A program made the position numbers and the translations under genes. From a virus (lineage: Duplodnaviria; Caudoviricetes), in IMG/VR virus record IMGVR_UViG_3300033120_000864, positions 1 through 64,000 of that record: a stretch of DNA of 64,000 nt. One strand, written 5' to 3'. Within the stretch, counting starts at the first letter, position 1, and each line of letters begins with the position of its first letter. The notes beneath the pieces are model-generated. The model saw only the letters and a program-made list of their open reading frames with translations, ran no database searches and was not told where the DNA came from. Shown piece by piece: positions 8,783-18,061 of this stretch.

Positions 8783-8860
8783 GAGAAAGAAGGTGCCAGA
8801 AATAGTGGTAAAGCTAGGATGTCAGGAATGTAACCCTTCTAGCTATGAGCGAAATTTCTC
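8783..8860 (+). ncRNA. putative three-way-junction RNA
   Basis: gagaaa/tttctc closing; tgcca/tggta and agctagga/ttctagct hairpins; T-run after. Confidence 0.35.
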
Positions 8861-8883
8861 TTTTTATTAACAACAAACAAGCA

Positions 8884-9318
8884 ATGAAAGAAACTAAATC
8901 AAATCTATTTGTTACAAAAGAAATAGTATTACCTAATTGGGCTAAAGTCCCAAGTGGTACTAAATTTGTAGCAAGACTGAGATCAAGAGCAAAGCTCACT
9001 ACAGGCCGAATTTTTAAATCAGGAAAAACTATATTTTTATGTCAAGAAGATATAGATGGATCATCTTGTTCTAATAAACTAGGATATAAATATTCTTATT
9101 CATTATCTGATGGATCTGAAAAAAATCTTAGGGAACAAAATGTTGAGATAATCAGCTTAGAACTTGATCCTAAATTTAAAATTCCTGAAGTAATAAAAAT
9201 CAGGGACTGGACAGTGGTAATTACTCCGCTGAACATAAAAGTTGGTTGTACAACTGTAACACTTCCCACTATTACTAAAATAATAGGTGAAATGGGATAT
9301 AAACTCGTCAAAAAGTAA
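8884..9318 (+). CDS. hypothetical protein
   Basis: Likely start MKETK after A-rich leader. Confidence 0.6.
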   Translation: MKETKSNLFVTKEIVLPNWAKVPSGTKFVARLRSRAKLTTGRIFKSGKTIFLCQEDIDGSSCSNKLGYKYSYSLSDGSEKNLREQNVEIISLELDPKFKIPEVIKIRDWTVVITPLNIKVGCTTVTLPTITKIIGEMGYKLVKK

Positions 9319-9319
9319 A

Positions 9320-10402
9320 ATGAACATACTAAAAAAAGAAGGTAAGCTATTTGTTTCTAATGAAGCAGTTAGTTGTTTTGAAAAACTTCCAATAGGAGTT
9401 TATATGTTGGATCAAGATCCAAGAACAAGTGAATTCTTTCTAATTGAAAAAGAAACATTTACATTACCTAAGAAATTGTATGGTGATTTTGCTTGTGTAG
9501 ACAGATGGTTAACAGCATACAATAGTGCAGAGAAGAATATGGGAATCATTCTCTCTGGTTTAAAAGGTTCAGGCAAGACCATAACAGCTGAAAAGCTTTG
9601 CCTAGATTCCAAAATGCCTGTAATCATTATTAGTAATGCATTTTCAGGTGTAAATTTTATAAACTTCATTACATGTCCTGTAATTCAAAATAGTATCATC
9701 TTCATTGATGAATATGAAAAGATTTACAAGGCAGACTTTAGAGATGTTGAAAAAGACATTTTAAGTATTATGGATGGAGCTTATAAGACAAGACTGATGT
9801 TTCTGTTAACATGTAACAACTTTACCATCTCAGAATATCTAATCAACAGACCTAGTAGGATAAAATACAGGAAGGATTATGATAATCTTGAGCCAGAGAT
9901 AGTTGAAGCAGTGATAGAAGATCTACTTGATAATAAGGATAACAAACAAAGCATCTATGAATTCTTTGGAAAAATAGGTATTGTAACCTTTGACCTACTG
10001 GTAACAGTAATAAAGGAAATGAACCTCTTCAAAGAAAATGCTATTGAATGTGGAAAACACCTTAATCTTCAGGTGTCAAGTAATCACTATGATGTATATG
10101 AGATAATCAATGATAAGGAATATCCTTGTTATAGTATTCAAAGTACTCTTGATTCTGACATTAGAATTGAGAGAAAAATGGATCACTATAAATCTCTAAA
10201 CAAAGTAGTATCAAGACCAGTATCTTCTGAAACAGATGAAGATGATCTTTATGAAGAACCTAAGTACAGCTATGAAATAGAGATTGAGAAAACAGATATG
10301 CAACTTGATAAGGTATCAAGCAGTATAATCATGCTCACTGACACTAAAGATGGCTTTGTATTTAAATTGATCAAAAAACCAATTAGTAAATTGGTATTCT
10401 AA
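9320..10402 (+). CDS. AAA+ ATPase
   Basis: Walker A GLKGSGKT, Walker B IFIDEYEK, NRPSR arginine finger. Confidence 0.85.
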   Translation: MNILKKEGKLFVSNEAVSCFEKLPIGVYMLDQDPRTSEFFLIEKETFTLPKKLYGDFACVDRWLTAYNSAEKNMGIILSGLKGSGKTITAEKLCLDSKMPVIIISNAFSGVNFINFITCPVIQNSIIFIDEYEKIYKADFRDVEKDILSIMDGAYKTRLMFLLTCNNFTISEYLINRPSRIKYRKDYDNLEPEIVEAVIEDLLDNKDNKQSIYEFFGKIGIVTFDLLVTVIKEMNLFKENAIECGKHLNLQVSSNHYDVYEIINDKEYPCYSIQSTLDSDIRIERKMDHYKSLNKVVSRPVSSETDEDDLYEEPKYSYEIEIEKTDMQLDKVSSSIIMLTDTKDGFVFKLIKKPISKLVF

Positions 10403-10420
10403 AACAATCAAAAAACAACA

Positions 10421-10960
10421 ATGAAGAAATATTTTCTCGGAATAATAATGCTAGTAGTATCACTATCCTCACAAGCATTCTCTGTAGACTCAACAGCAGC
10501 TTCTGTAAAGAAGTCTGTAGTAGAAACTGTAGACAGTACTAAGAAAGCTATTGTGGAAACAGCTAATGCTGTAGATACATCAAGGCTCTCAAAGCAAGTG
10601 TATGGAGATGTAAAACAAGCCCTTGTAGGCATAGCTTCAGCTCTTAAAGTAGGAGTTGAACATGTATATAAAGTGCTTGTAGTACAACAGATAGTTAAGT
10701 CTATCACATGGTTTATACTTCTTCTTATACCAACAATACTCTTTGTAATATTCAAAAAGAGATGTTATGACTGGTGTAAGGAAAACTCAGATGATAGTGA
10801 TGGTATTTCCTGGCTTGTATATGCAGGTATATGGATAGCATGGCTAGTATCATCAGGAGTAGGTATAGGTCATCTAGATACTATAGTAACAGGATTTGTA
10901 AATCCTGAATATGGTGCTCTACAAGATATACTCAACTTTATCCAAACAGTAAAGAAATAA
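10421..10960 (+). CDS. signal-peptide membrane protein
   Basis: Signal peptide, two TM segments, NPEYGA. Confidence 0.7.
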   Translation: MKKYFLGIIMLVVSLSSQAFSVDSTAASVKKSVVETVDSTKKAIVETANAVDTSRLSKQVYGDVKQALVGIASALKVGVEHVYKVLVVQQIVKSITWFILLLIPTILFVIFKKRCYDWCKENSDDSDGISWLVYAGIWIAWLVSSGVGIGHLDTIVTGFVNPEYGALQDILNFIQTVKK

Positions 10961-10964
10961 TACC

Positions 10965-11357
10965 ATGGGAAAAATTATAGGCTTTGGTATTTTAGCTTTC
11001 GTTTTTCTAACAGGACTTATAACATTAGCTATGTGGGGATTTCCACAATATAATGTATATTCTGCTAGAAAAGAAGGAGAAGTATTACTGGCACATGCAA
11101 GAAGTTCTAAAGAAGTAGCTGTACAAGAAGCAAAAGCAAAGATGGAATCAGCTTCAATGCTTGCTGCTGCAGATACTATTAGAGCTCAAGGTGTAGCAAC
11201 ATCTAATAAGATTATTGGACAGTCTCTTAAAGATAATCAGGAATATCTTACATGGTTATGGGTAGATAATATGGACAAGACACAAAATCAAGTCATATAT
11301 ATACCAACAGAATCAGGTGTTCCAATTATGGAGGCTGGCAGATTTAAACATCAATAA
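10965..11357 (+). CDS. SPFH/band-7-like short membrane protein
   Basis: TM plus Ala-rich coiled coil, YLTWLW, VIYIPTE. Confidence 0.6.
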   Translation: MGKIIGFGILAFVFLTGLITLAMWGFPQYNVYSARKEGEVLLAHARSSKEVAVQEAKAKMESASMLAAADTIRAQGVATSNKIIGQSLKDNQEYLTWLWVDNMDKTQNQVIYIPTESGVPIMEAGRFKHQ

Positions 11358-11358
11358 T

Positions 11359-11589
11359 ATGATAAGTGCTAAAGAAGCAAGAAACACTATAAATCTTCAA
11401 TTAGACGCCAGACTAAGAAGAGACTTACTCACAGTTGAATCACAAATTGAAACTGCTATTAGTGCAGGAAATGCATATATTTATATAGCAAAAGGTGGAT
11501 TTCAAGATCTAGCTAGAGTAAAGAGTAAGTTAACAGATGCAGGCTATTCAACATCAGAAGATGGTGCATGGCTAAAAATAAGCTGGTAA
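11359..11589 (+). CDS. hypothetical protein (paralog of 3565-3810)
   Basis: MISAKEAR start, C-terminal ISW. Confidence 0.65.
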   Translation: MISAKEARNTINLQLDARLRRDLLTVESQIETAISAGNAYIYIAKGGFQDLARVKSKLTDAGYSTSEDGAWLKISW

Positions 11590-11601
11590 CAAAAAAAAAA
11601 C

Positions 11602-11630
11602 AAGGGTGATGGAGAAATCTGTCACCCTTT
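11602..11630 (+). terminator. intrinsic terminator
   Basis: aagggtgatgga-gaaa-tctgtcaccctt. Confidence 0.65.
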
Positions 11631-11642
11631 AAAAGAAAAATA

Positions 11643-11713
11643 GGAAATACTATAGTTTAAGGAAAGAATAGTTATTAATAAAAGGTGGAGTTCAATTCTC
11701 CAAAAGTATTTCC
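11643..11713 (+). ncRNA. tRNA-like RNA with collapsed anticodon arm
   Basis: ggaaatact/agtatttcc acceptor, D-arm tagtttaaggaaagaat, T-arm tggag-ttcaatt-ctcca; no proper anticodon stem-loop. Confidence 0.55.
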
Positions 11714-11727
11714 TTTTTAATTTATAT

Positions 11728-12180
11728 GGGGGTGTATATGTATTGATTGGCGGAGAACGATAGATAATTAGGAGAGTGAATGATATAACCACTCTAAAAA
11801 ATGTATCAAAAATAGAAATGACAATAATAACGTTTCAACAACTGAAGATTTATCTTCAACAACTGTAGATGATATATTTGCCTTCATAGATATGACAGGT
11901 GAAGAAGATATCAGAGTAACTGAACAGCCTGAAAAGGTTGAGATGGTACTTGTAGAAGAAGACTATGTCTAATTTTCCTACACTAGAATTCTAACTAGAT
12001 AAAATGAAATAATGCTTTTGAATATTTTACTTAGAAAATATTCTGGTGGATAGTCGCTAGGCATACCTAGCTGCCCTATTATTTTGGAGAGATGAATAAG
12101 ATTAAATCTCTATCCTAATCCTATAAATAAATTATTTGTAAGTTACTGAACAAGACCACGCGTCGCTGCGTGCACCTCCA
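11728..12180 (+). ncRNA. ssrA: tmRNA
   Basis: GGGGGTG/CACCTCC-A acceptor with G3:U pair; pk1 agagtg/cactct plus tgatata/tgtatca; tag ORF 11820-11972; 3' GAC then T-arm. Confidence 0.88.
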
Positions 12181-12184
12181 CTTA

Positions 12185-12733
12185 TTATGAATTAACAGAT
12201 GTATTAATTAATAAACTAATAAATTCTTTGGTTTGTTCCTTAGTATATCTGTTTTTCATAAGATTTATCGGAAGAGAAATGAATTCAATATTTCCTTTAA
12301 CATAACCCTTAGTAGAATCAATTCTGTCTACTGATGCATATAAATACCAATCAAGTTCCTTATTAACTGCACCATCACTATGACATCTAAGTTTTAATTT
12401 AAAGTTTGTATATGGACAAATTCCTTCTTGTAATTCCCATTGATCTTTTAAATCCTGAAGTGTTACATTTTTATCTTTTAATCTATTGGAATTTTTAATA
12501 GATTTAAGATATATTTTAAACATCTTAAATGGATTTTCTTTTTGATTATTTCTATTATATTCAGTAAGATTAAAAGTACCTCTCAATTCTTTAGGTATTT
12601 TATTAATATCAGCTGCACATTTAATTGAGCAAAAAGATTCTCTATTCTTTTTAATATTCCTTAAGTATTCAGATTCGTCTTTATAATATTCTTTATTACA
12701 TTTAGGACAAGTAAGCTTAGTTTGTTTTCTCAT
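12185..12733 (-). CDS. HNH-like homing endonuclease
   Basis: CPKC, FCSIKC, CPYT, SVDRIDSTKGYVKGN. Confidence 0.85.
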   Translation of the reverse strand: MRKQTKLTCPKCNKEYYKDESEYLRNIKKNRESFCSIKCAADINKIPKELRGTFNLTEYNRNNQKENPFKMFKIYLKSIKNSNRLKDKNVTLQDLKDQWELQEGICPYTNFKLKLRCHSDGAVNKELDWYLYASVDRIDSTKGYVKGNIEFISLPINLMKNRYTKEQTKEFISLLINTSVNS

Positions 12734-12746
12734 AGTAAAATTTTTC

Positions 12747-12778
12747 TAAAGATAAGAAATAAATATGAAAAAAGCAAA
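12747..12778 (-). promoter_or_regulatory. Bacteroidota sigma-A-type promoter
   Basis: TTTG-N20-TATCTTTA. Confidence 0.65.
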
Positions 12779-12831
12779 TCTATAATCAAATTAAGTGAAT
12801 TTGATGAGATTCTCATCACATCCACACATAA

Positions 12832-12905
12832 CTTCCTGTAACTCAGCTGCATAGAGTGTCAAATTTCTAATTTGAAAGTCCCAGGTTGGAATCCTGGCAG
12901 GAAGA
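12832..12905 (+). tRNA. tRNA-Arg(TCT)
   Basis: cttcctg/caggaag acceptor; tcaaa-ttTCTaa-tttga; atypical T-loop ttggaat; followed by CTA. Confidence 0.88.
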
Positions 12906-13229
12906 CTAAACTCATTTAAATCACAAAACAACCAAAACAAAATGAAAGACAAACTTTACATTAGGGTGCAAGACTCTTTTGGAATAATCCATCTTGTAGA
13001 AAGTAACTATTTTTACACCAAGTTCAATATAAACGAACTACCTTAAATCTATAAGAATGGAAAGAATATTTAAAGCACTTGGATGTACATTAGTAATAAT
13101 AGCTGCAATAGGAATAGGTACAATACCTTTTAATATTCCTAAAATAGGCGAATATTGCTTTGCTGCATTTGTTGGTGTAATAGCCATTGGTCTAATAGCA
13201 GGAATTTGTACAGCTAAAAGTAGTGAAAA

Positions 13230-13604
13230 ATGAAGAAAAGAGAAGAATGGAACTCCCAAGAGGTCATTGATCAAATGGAGAGAGATAAGAAGATAGTAGC
13301 TGCTTATTTCGCTAAAATAGACTCCTCAAGAAGTAGAAAGATAGATTTTCAACTTACTTTAGATGACTATATCAAACTTCGTAAAAAGAAAAAGTGTTAT
13401 TATACAGGAGTAGTATTGGATGAAGAACATCCAGGAGCTCCTAATGGTTTTACTTTAGATAGAATAGACTCTACTAAAGGATATACCTATGAAAACACTG
13501 TCCCATGTGCTAATAAAGTCAATCAAATAAAAGCTGTCTTTGAGAAAGACTTTGAGATGGCTCAACAAATTATTAAGAAAATCACAAAACCAAAAACAAA
13601 ATGA
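13230..13604 (+). CDS. HNH-like endonuclease
   Basis: CYYTG, TLDRIDSTKGYTYENTVPC; same motif as 12185-12733. Confidence 0.75.
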   Translation: MKKREEWNSQEVIDQMERDKKIVAAYFAKIDSSRSRKIDFQLTLDDYIKLRKKKKCYYTGVVLDEEHPGAPNGFTLDRIDSTKGYTYENTVPCANKVNQIKAVFEKDFEMAQQIIKKITKPKTK

Positions 13605-14095
13605 AACTAACTAAAAATTCATGGCATTACAACTGGTGGATGCTCAACTTTTCAGAATACAGTAAAGAACCTAACAAAAACTTCTGTGACTATTTCTGGG
13701 CTCTTGTACTATCTGTTGTACTTTTCCCAATCACAGCTCCAAGTCTTCTAATAAAGAAGATTGCTAAAAGTGATACAAACATCAAAGAACATGTAGGTAT
13801 TACTTTGGTATTATACCTTGTAACTTTACTCATTTTTGCTGTAGTAAAACTTTCTACTCAACAACCTATAGTAATGCTTATAATTGTTGCAGCTATTGCA
13901 GCTGTTGCATTAATGTGGTTACTTCTTCACTATTTTGTAGATGTATTTCCTAACACTAAGTTTGCAAATAACTTATCTGAAATAGGAGACATAGGTAAAG
14001 AAGGATGGCTTGCTTTCAAAGGAAAATATTGTCCTAAAGTAGAATGGCAGGCAGCTCCTATTTCTGAGCAACCATCTACACTCAATCATGAGTAA
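13601..14095 (+). CDS. membrane protein
   Basis: SWHY, NFCDYFW, three TM segments, KYCP. Confidence 0.7.
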   Translation: MKLTKNSWHYNWWMLNFSEYSKEPNKNFCDYFWALVLSVVLFPITAPSLLIKKIAKSDTNIKEHVGITLVLYLVTLLIFAVVKLSTQQPIVMLIIVAAIAAVALMWLLLHYFVDVFPNTKFANNLSEIGDIGKEGWLAFKGKYCPKVEWQAAPISEQPSTLNHE

Positions 14096-14259
14096 AACTA
14101 TTTATATATCAGAAAAAGCTAAACTAACTAATGCTATTAGACTCTTGGAGAAATCCAGGAGTCTATTTAGTAAAAGAAGACAATCTGGTAAAGCTTCTGC
14201 TACAGAACTGAATATAGAAGAAAAGATAACAGAATTTCTAACAGACATAAAAGGGTAAT

Positions 14260-14598
14260 ATGAAATTTATATCCAGAGCAAAACTTGCTATATATAATTT
14301 CTTTATTAAATCAGATATAGATGTAGTTGAAAGACTTGCTATATACGAAAAACTAAAGAAAACATTAGAAGAGCAACAAGGAGGAAGCTATGGCTTCTGT
14401 CACATACTTGGTGTCCTTTATCATAAAGGTGAAACACCAAAAATCTACCATGTATCTCAATTTCCAGAACTAATGTTATATAGACCATATAAACTATTGT
14501 GGACTGGATATTGGTTTGTTCCTGGAGATAAGAAGATAAGAATTAGTATCTTAGACAAAGAAATACTTTTCCTTAAAAACTTATTATATGTTAAGTAA
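14260..14598 (+). CDS. hypothetical protein
   Basis: GFC, FPEL, YWF motifs. Confidence 0.55.
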   Translation: MKFISRAKLAIYNFFIKSDIDVVERLAIYEKLKKTLEEQQGGSYGFCHILGVLYHKGETPKIYHVSQFPELMLYRPYKLLWTGYWFVPGDKKIRISILDKEILFLKNLLYVK

Positions 14599-14733
14599 GC
14601 AGGAATATGAGACAATAGAGAAATGTATAAAAGAGCTTGGAAGTATTTCTGGATTAATAAGAGCATCAGCTCTATTATCTAGATCTTACCAAGAACTTAT
14701 GGATCTCTATTATTCAGATGAAACAGTAATAGT

Positions 14734-15015
14734 ATGAAACCAATCATTATACATGGTAAGGAATATTATTATCAAGTATTCTTAGATACAAGTGATCTTG
14801 ATGAAACAAGCTTTTACAAAAAAGAAATAGTAACAAGAAAAAAATACTATCTCTGGGGTGAAAAAATAAAAGTAGATGAATACAATCGAGTATTTAGAGT
14901 TTCTTTTAATATAGAATCACCATACATTTCTAAAGAATACATCAGGAAAGAAATAGATAAGGAATTAGCTATTTTAAAAAGGGCTGAAGAAATCAAAAGA
15001 GGAGAAATCCTTTAA
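14734..15015 (+). CDS. hypothetical protein
   Basis: ORF in co-directional array. Confidence 0.55.
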   Translation: MKPIIIHGKEYYYQVFLDTSDLDETSFYKKEIVTRKKYYLWGEKIKVDEYNRVFRVSFNIESPYISKEYIRKEIDKELAILKRAEEIKRGEIL

Positions 15016-15037
15016 CACTAAAACGAAAAAACACTCA

Positions 15038-15229
15038 ATGAAAAATTTAACAGCTTTCGTAAGACATGCAAATCCTAAATTTAGAACTAAGGTAGTGGTA
15101 TCACTACATCCTAGTTTCTTTGTTCTGGATAGCTATGATAAAAGAAGATTTGGTAATCTCGCAGGTAAGATTAATTCTGTGGCCACAGAGTTAGCTGGAG
15201 GCAGATTACACCACTATACATTAGCATAA
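15038..15229 (+). CDS. hypothetical protein
   Basis: ORF with A-rich leader. Confidence 0.5.
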   Translation: MKNLTAFVRHANPKFRTKVVVSLHPSFFVLDSYDKRRFGNLAGKINSVATELAGGRLHHYTLA

Positions 15230-15365
15230 TGCTAATAAACTAAGGAGCCTTGCCATGAGTTATTCAAGAAGGACTTGATTTTAGAGCGAGGTAGGAACAT
15301 TTTTAAATGTTCTAAGTGTTTAGGAAACACATGTAATTTAGTAATAACGTAACAAAGTAAAAAAA

Positions 15366-15752
15366 ATGACAATTGTAAGAGTTGGTGCCTTTACTGGTAC
15401 TGGTAAAACTGATAAGAATGGAAAATCTCCAGTTTATTTAACATATATTTCTGGTGATGCACTTCCAGAGAACGCAAGGGTACAATCTGGTACTATTGCA
15501 GAAAACTCAGGTCTTGAAATAGGTAATTCCTATATGGTGAATGTGAACCCTGCTGAAGCTTATGAAGGTAAGGCACAGTTTAATGTAACAGTAGTAGCTC
15601 CAGTGTCTGGTGCTGATCTGATTGCATTATTCTCTACACAACTTTCTAAGCAAGTAAAGTTTAGTACTGGTACTACTTCTACTACTTCTAGTGAAGCTAC
15701 AGGTGCGCAAGCAACTGCTGCAGCAACTCCAAGTACTGAAGCTGCACAGTAA
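15366..15752 (+). CDS. hypothetical protein with Thr/Ala-rich tail
   Basis: A-rich leader; terminator-like hairpin at 15768-15788. Confidence 0.7.
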   Translation: MTIVRVGAFTGTGKTDKNGKSPVYLTYISGDALPENARVQSGTIAENSGLEIGNSYMVNVNPAEAYEGKAQFNVTVVAPVSGADLIALFSTQLSKQVKFSTGTTSTTSSEATGAQATAAATPSTEAAQ

Positions 15753-15847
15753 GTTATATATACAAAGAGAGCCCGTAAGCTCTTTTTTAAGAAACCTACC
15801 CTAGCAAATATCTCTGTTCAAAGGAGGTATAGGATATGAGTTTCTTT

Positions 15848-15924
15848 GGATCCTTAGTTTAACTGGCAAAACTGCTTATTCAGAGAGGGATAAGTGTTTT
15901 TGGGTTCGAGTCCCAGGGGATCCT
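15848..15924 (+). ncRNA. tRNA-like RNA with non-canonical anticodon arm
   Basis: ggatcct/gggatcc acceptor, D-arm gttt-aactggca-aaac, T-arm ttggg-ttcgagt-cccag; extended stem gcttattc/ggataagt with purine loop agagag and no U33. Confidence 0.65.
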
Positions 15925-15943
15925 CTAATTAAAATCAAAAAAC

Positions 15944-16186
15944 ATGACAATACCCATAGTATTATTAATTTATTTTACAGGTCTTATAGTTTCCTTCTTT
16001 ATAGTTGGAGCAATAAATGACCAATCAAAAACTGAAAAGGAAAAATTTGGATTTGGTTTTGTTATACTTAGTTGGATAGGACTAGCATTTCTTTTATTTT
16101 TAACTATTATTTTCTTATGTGTTGCAGATGATGCTCCAAAACCAGGTTTAAAAACAATAACAAAACTCCTAAAAAAAGAGAAATAA
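15944..16186 (+). CDS. small membrane protein
   Basis: Two TM segments, LSWIG. Confidence 0.6.
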   Translation: MTIPIVLLIYFTGLIVSFFIVGAINDQSKTEKEKFGFGFVILSWIGLAFLLFLTIIFLCVADDAPKPGLKTITKLLKKEK

Positions 16187-16959
16187 TGGATTTAAAAAAA
16201 CTAAACATAATCAACTTTAGTGATGGTCATAGACACCTAAAGCTTACAAAGGAAGATGAATATAAATTATTCAATTCCAACTATGATCAAATAAAGATGT
16301 CAATTACATCTTTCGATGATTTGTTTCTTTTAGCTCAGCTAAAACAAATACTTCCACAAATAAAGAATTTGAGAATTGATTATCTTCTTGGAGCAAGATG
16401 TGATAGAAGATTTTCTGATCTGGAAGCTTTAGACCTTAAGATAATCTCAAATTTTATCAATGATTTAGGCTTCAAAAAAGTCTATATACATCATCCACAT
16501 TCTGAAATATCTCTAGCTTTAATAGATAACTCACAGGCTTTCTATAGAACTAAAGATTTGTTTCAACTTTGTGTAATGGAACAAAAGTGTACTAACTATA
16601 GTGTACTAGCTCCAGATGCAGGCGCAGGAAAATGGATTGAAAAGGTTTTAGGAAGATATGATGTGATTCATTGTTCTAAAATCAGAGATGTAGATACAGG
16701 AGAAGTTATAGGAGTAAAAATTCCTGATGATGTCAATGAAGATTGTATCTTTGTAGATGATTTATGTGATGGAGGTAGGACATTTATAGAACTTGCTATA
16801 GAAGCAAAGAAAAAAGGTGCCAAGAGAATATTTCTTATAATAAGTCATGCTATGTTTAGCAAAGGATTTAGAGTGTTTGATGGGCTAATAGATCATATCT
16901 ATTGTACTAATTCATTCTCTGATCTTGAAGACACTATTTTAACTCAAATAAAAATATGA
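16186..16959 (+). CDS. PRPP-synthetase-like protein, probable ADPR-PP synthetase (NARP1 Adps)
   Basis: FSDG, YLLGARCDRRF, HPHS, APDAGA, VDDLCDGGRTF; clustered with Nampt homolog. Confidence 0.85.
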   Translation: MDLKKLNIINFSDGHRHLKLTKEDEYKLFNSNYDQIKMSITSFDDLFLLAQLKQILPQIKNLRIDYLLGARCDRRFSDLEALDLKIISNFINDLGFKKVYIHHPHSEISLALIDNSQAFYRTKDLFQLCVMEQKCTNYSVLAPDAGAGKWIEKVLGRYDVIHCSKIRDVDTGEVIGVKIPDDVNEDCIFVDDLCDGGRTFIELAIEAKKKGAKRIFLIISHAMFSKGFRVFDGLIDHIYCTNSFSDLEDTILTQIKI

Positions 16960-17663
16960 GTTACAAGTACAAATTATATGGAGCTATTTTAGGAGATTTA
17001 TGTGGTCAACCTTTTGAGTTTGATAAATCTAAAAATCCTATAATAATTCATAATCCAGAATCACATTTTACAGATGATACTTTAATGACATTAGCTGTTG
17101 CTAAGTCTATAATAGAAGGATCAAATGTAGAATATGAATTTAAGGATATGGGAAATAGATACCAAGGTGATTACTATGGTAAAAATTTCAAAGCTTGGCT
17201 TACAACTCCATTAGGAACTAAAGGTGACTCTTGGGGAAATGGATGTATAATGAGAATTAGTCCTTATATGTATATTCAACAATCTCTTCCACAAATTTTA
17301 GAAGCAACTTTATGTTCACATTTCAATCAAAGAAGTGTAGAAAGTGTAATAAGATTATATAATTATTACAAAGGAGAAATAGAATGGACTGAAACTCCCA
17401 TAAAACCTTTTGAGAGATTTGTAGTAGAGTGTGATGCAACACTAGATTTTTGTATAAATGTAGTATGTCAAACATATAGTACTCATGAAGGAATCCTTAC
17501 TGCTGTAAAAGCAAAAGGAGATACAGACACAAATGCATCAATAATAGGAGAATTTAATAACTATATCTATAAAGATTTAACACAAGAAGATGTTAAATAT
17601 GTAGAAAGTAAATTAGATCCTTATCTATTATCTATTTTAAAAAACTTTAATGACAAGTATTAA
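16956..17663 (+). CDS. ADP-ribosylglycohydrolase (ARH/DraG family)
   Basis: GAILGD, FTDDT, GNGCIMR, GDTDTNASI. Confidence 0.88.
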   Translation: MSYKYKLYGAILGDLCGQPFEFDKSKNPIIIHNPESHFTDDTLMTLAVAKSIIEGSNVEYEFKDMGNRYQGDYYGKNFKAWLTTPLGTKGDSWGNGCIMRISPYMYIQQSLPQILEATLCSHFNQRSVESVIRLYNYYKGEIEWTETPIKPFERFVVECDATLDFCINVVCQTYSTHEGILTAVKAKGDTDTNASIIGEFNNYIYKDLTQEDVKYVESKLDPYLLSILKNFNDKY

Positions 17664-18061
17664 TGGATGAATATTTAGTTCCTAATGCTCAAATTGAAAG
17701 ACTAATAAAAGAATATTTGAAATATGATAGTCTTGTAATAGCTTTTGATTTTGACAATACAGTGTATGACTTTCATAAGAAAGGACATACCTATACCAAA
17801 GTAATAGAACTCTTGAGAAGACTCAAGGATGAATTACATTGCACACTTATCTGTTTTACAGGTAATGAAGATGAAGCTTTTGTTTGGAAATACTGTGAGG
17901 ATAATGGTATCCCTATTGATAAGCTAAATGAAAACTGTGACTTCTTCAAATCAACAAGTAGAAAGATATACTATAATGCTTTCCTAGATGATAGGGCAGG
18001 ATTAATACAAGTGTATCAAGAACTTGATTTACTAATCAAAATTGTAAAAGCTGATGTTTAA
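17663..18061 (+). CDS. HAD-superfamily phosphatase (capless)
   Basis: AFDFDNT, FTG, FLDDRA. Confidence 0.8.
   Translation: MDEYLVPNAQIERLIKEYLKYDSLVIAFDFDNTVYDFHKKGHTYTKVIELLRRLKDELHCTLICFTGNEDEAFVWKYCEDNGIPIDKLNENCDFFKSTSRKIYYNAFLDDRAGLIQVYQELDLLIKIVKADV

Noticed and set aside
8783-8860. SRP RNA or cobalamin riboswitch
   Set aside because: Only fragmentary resemblance; the conserved cores are absent.
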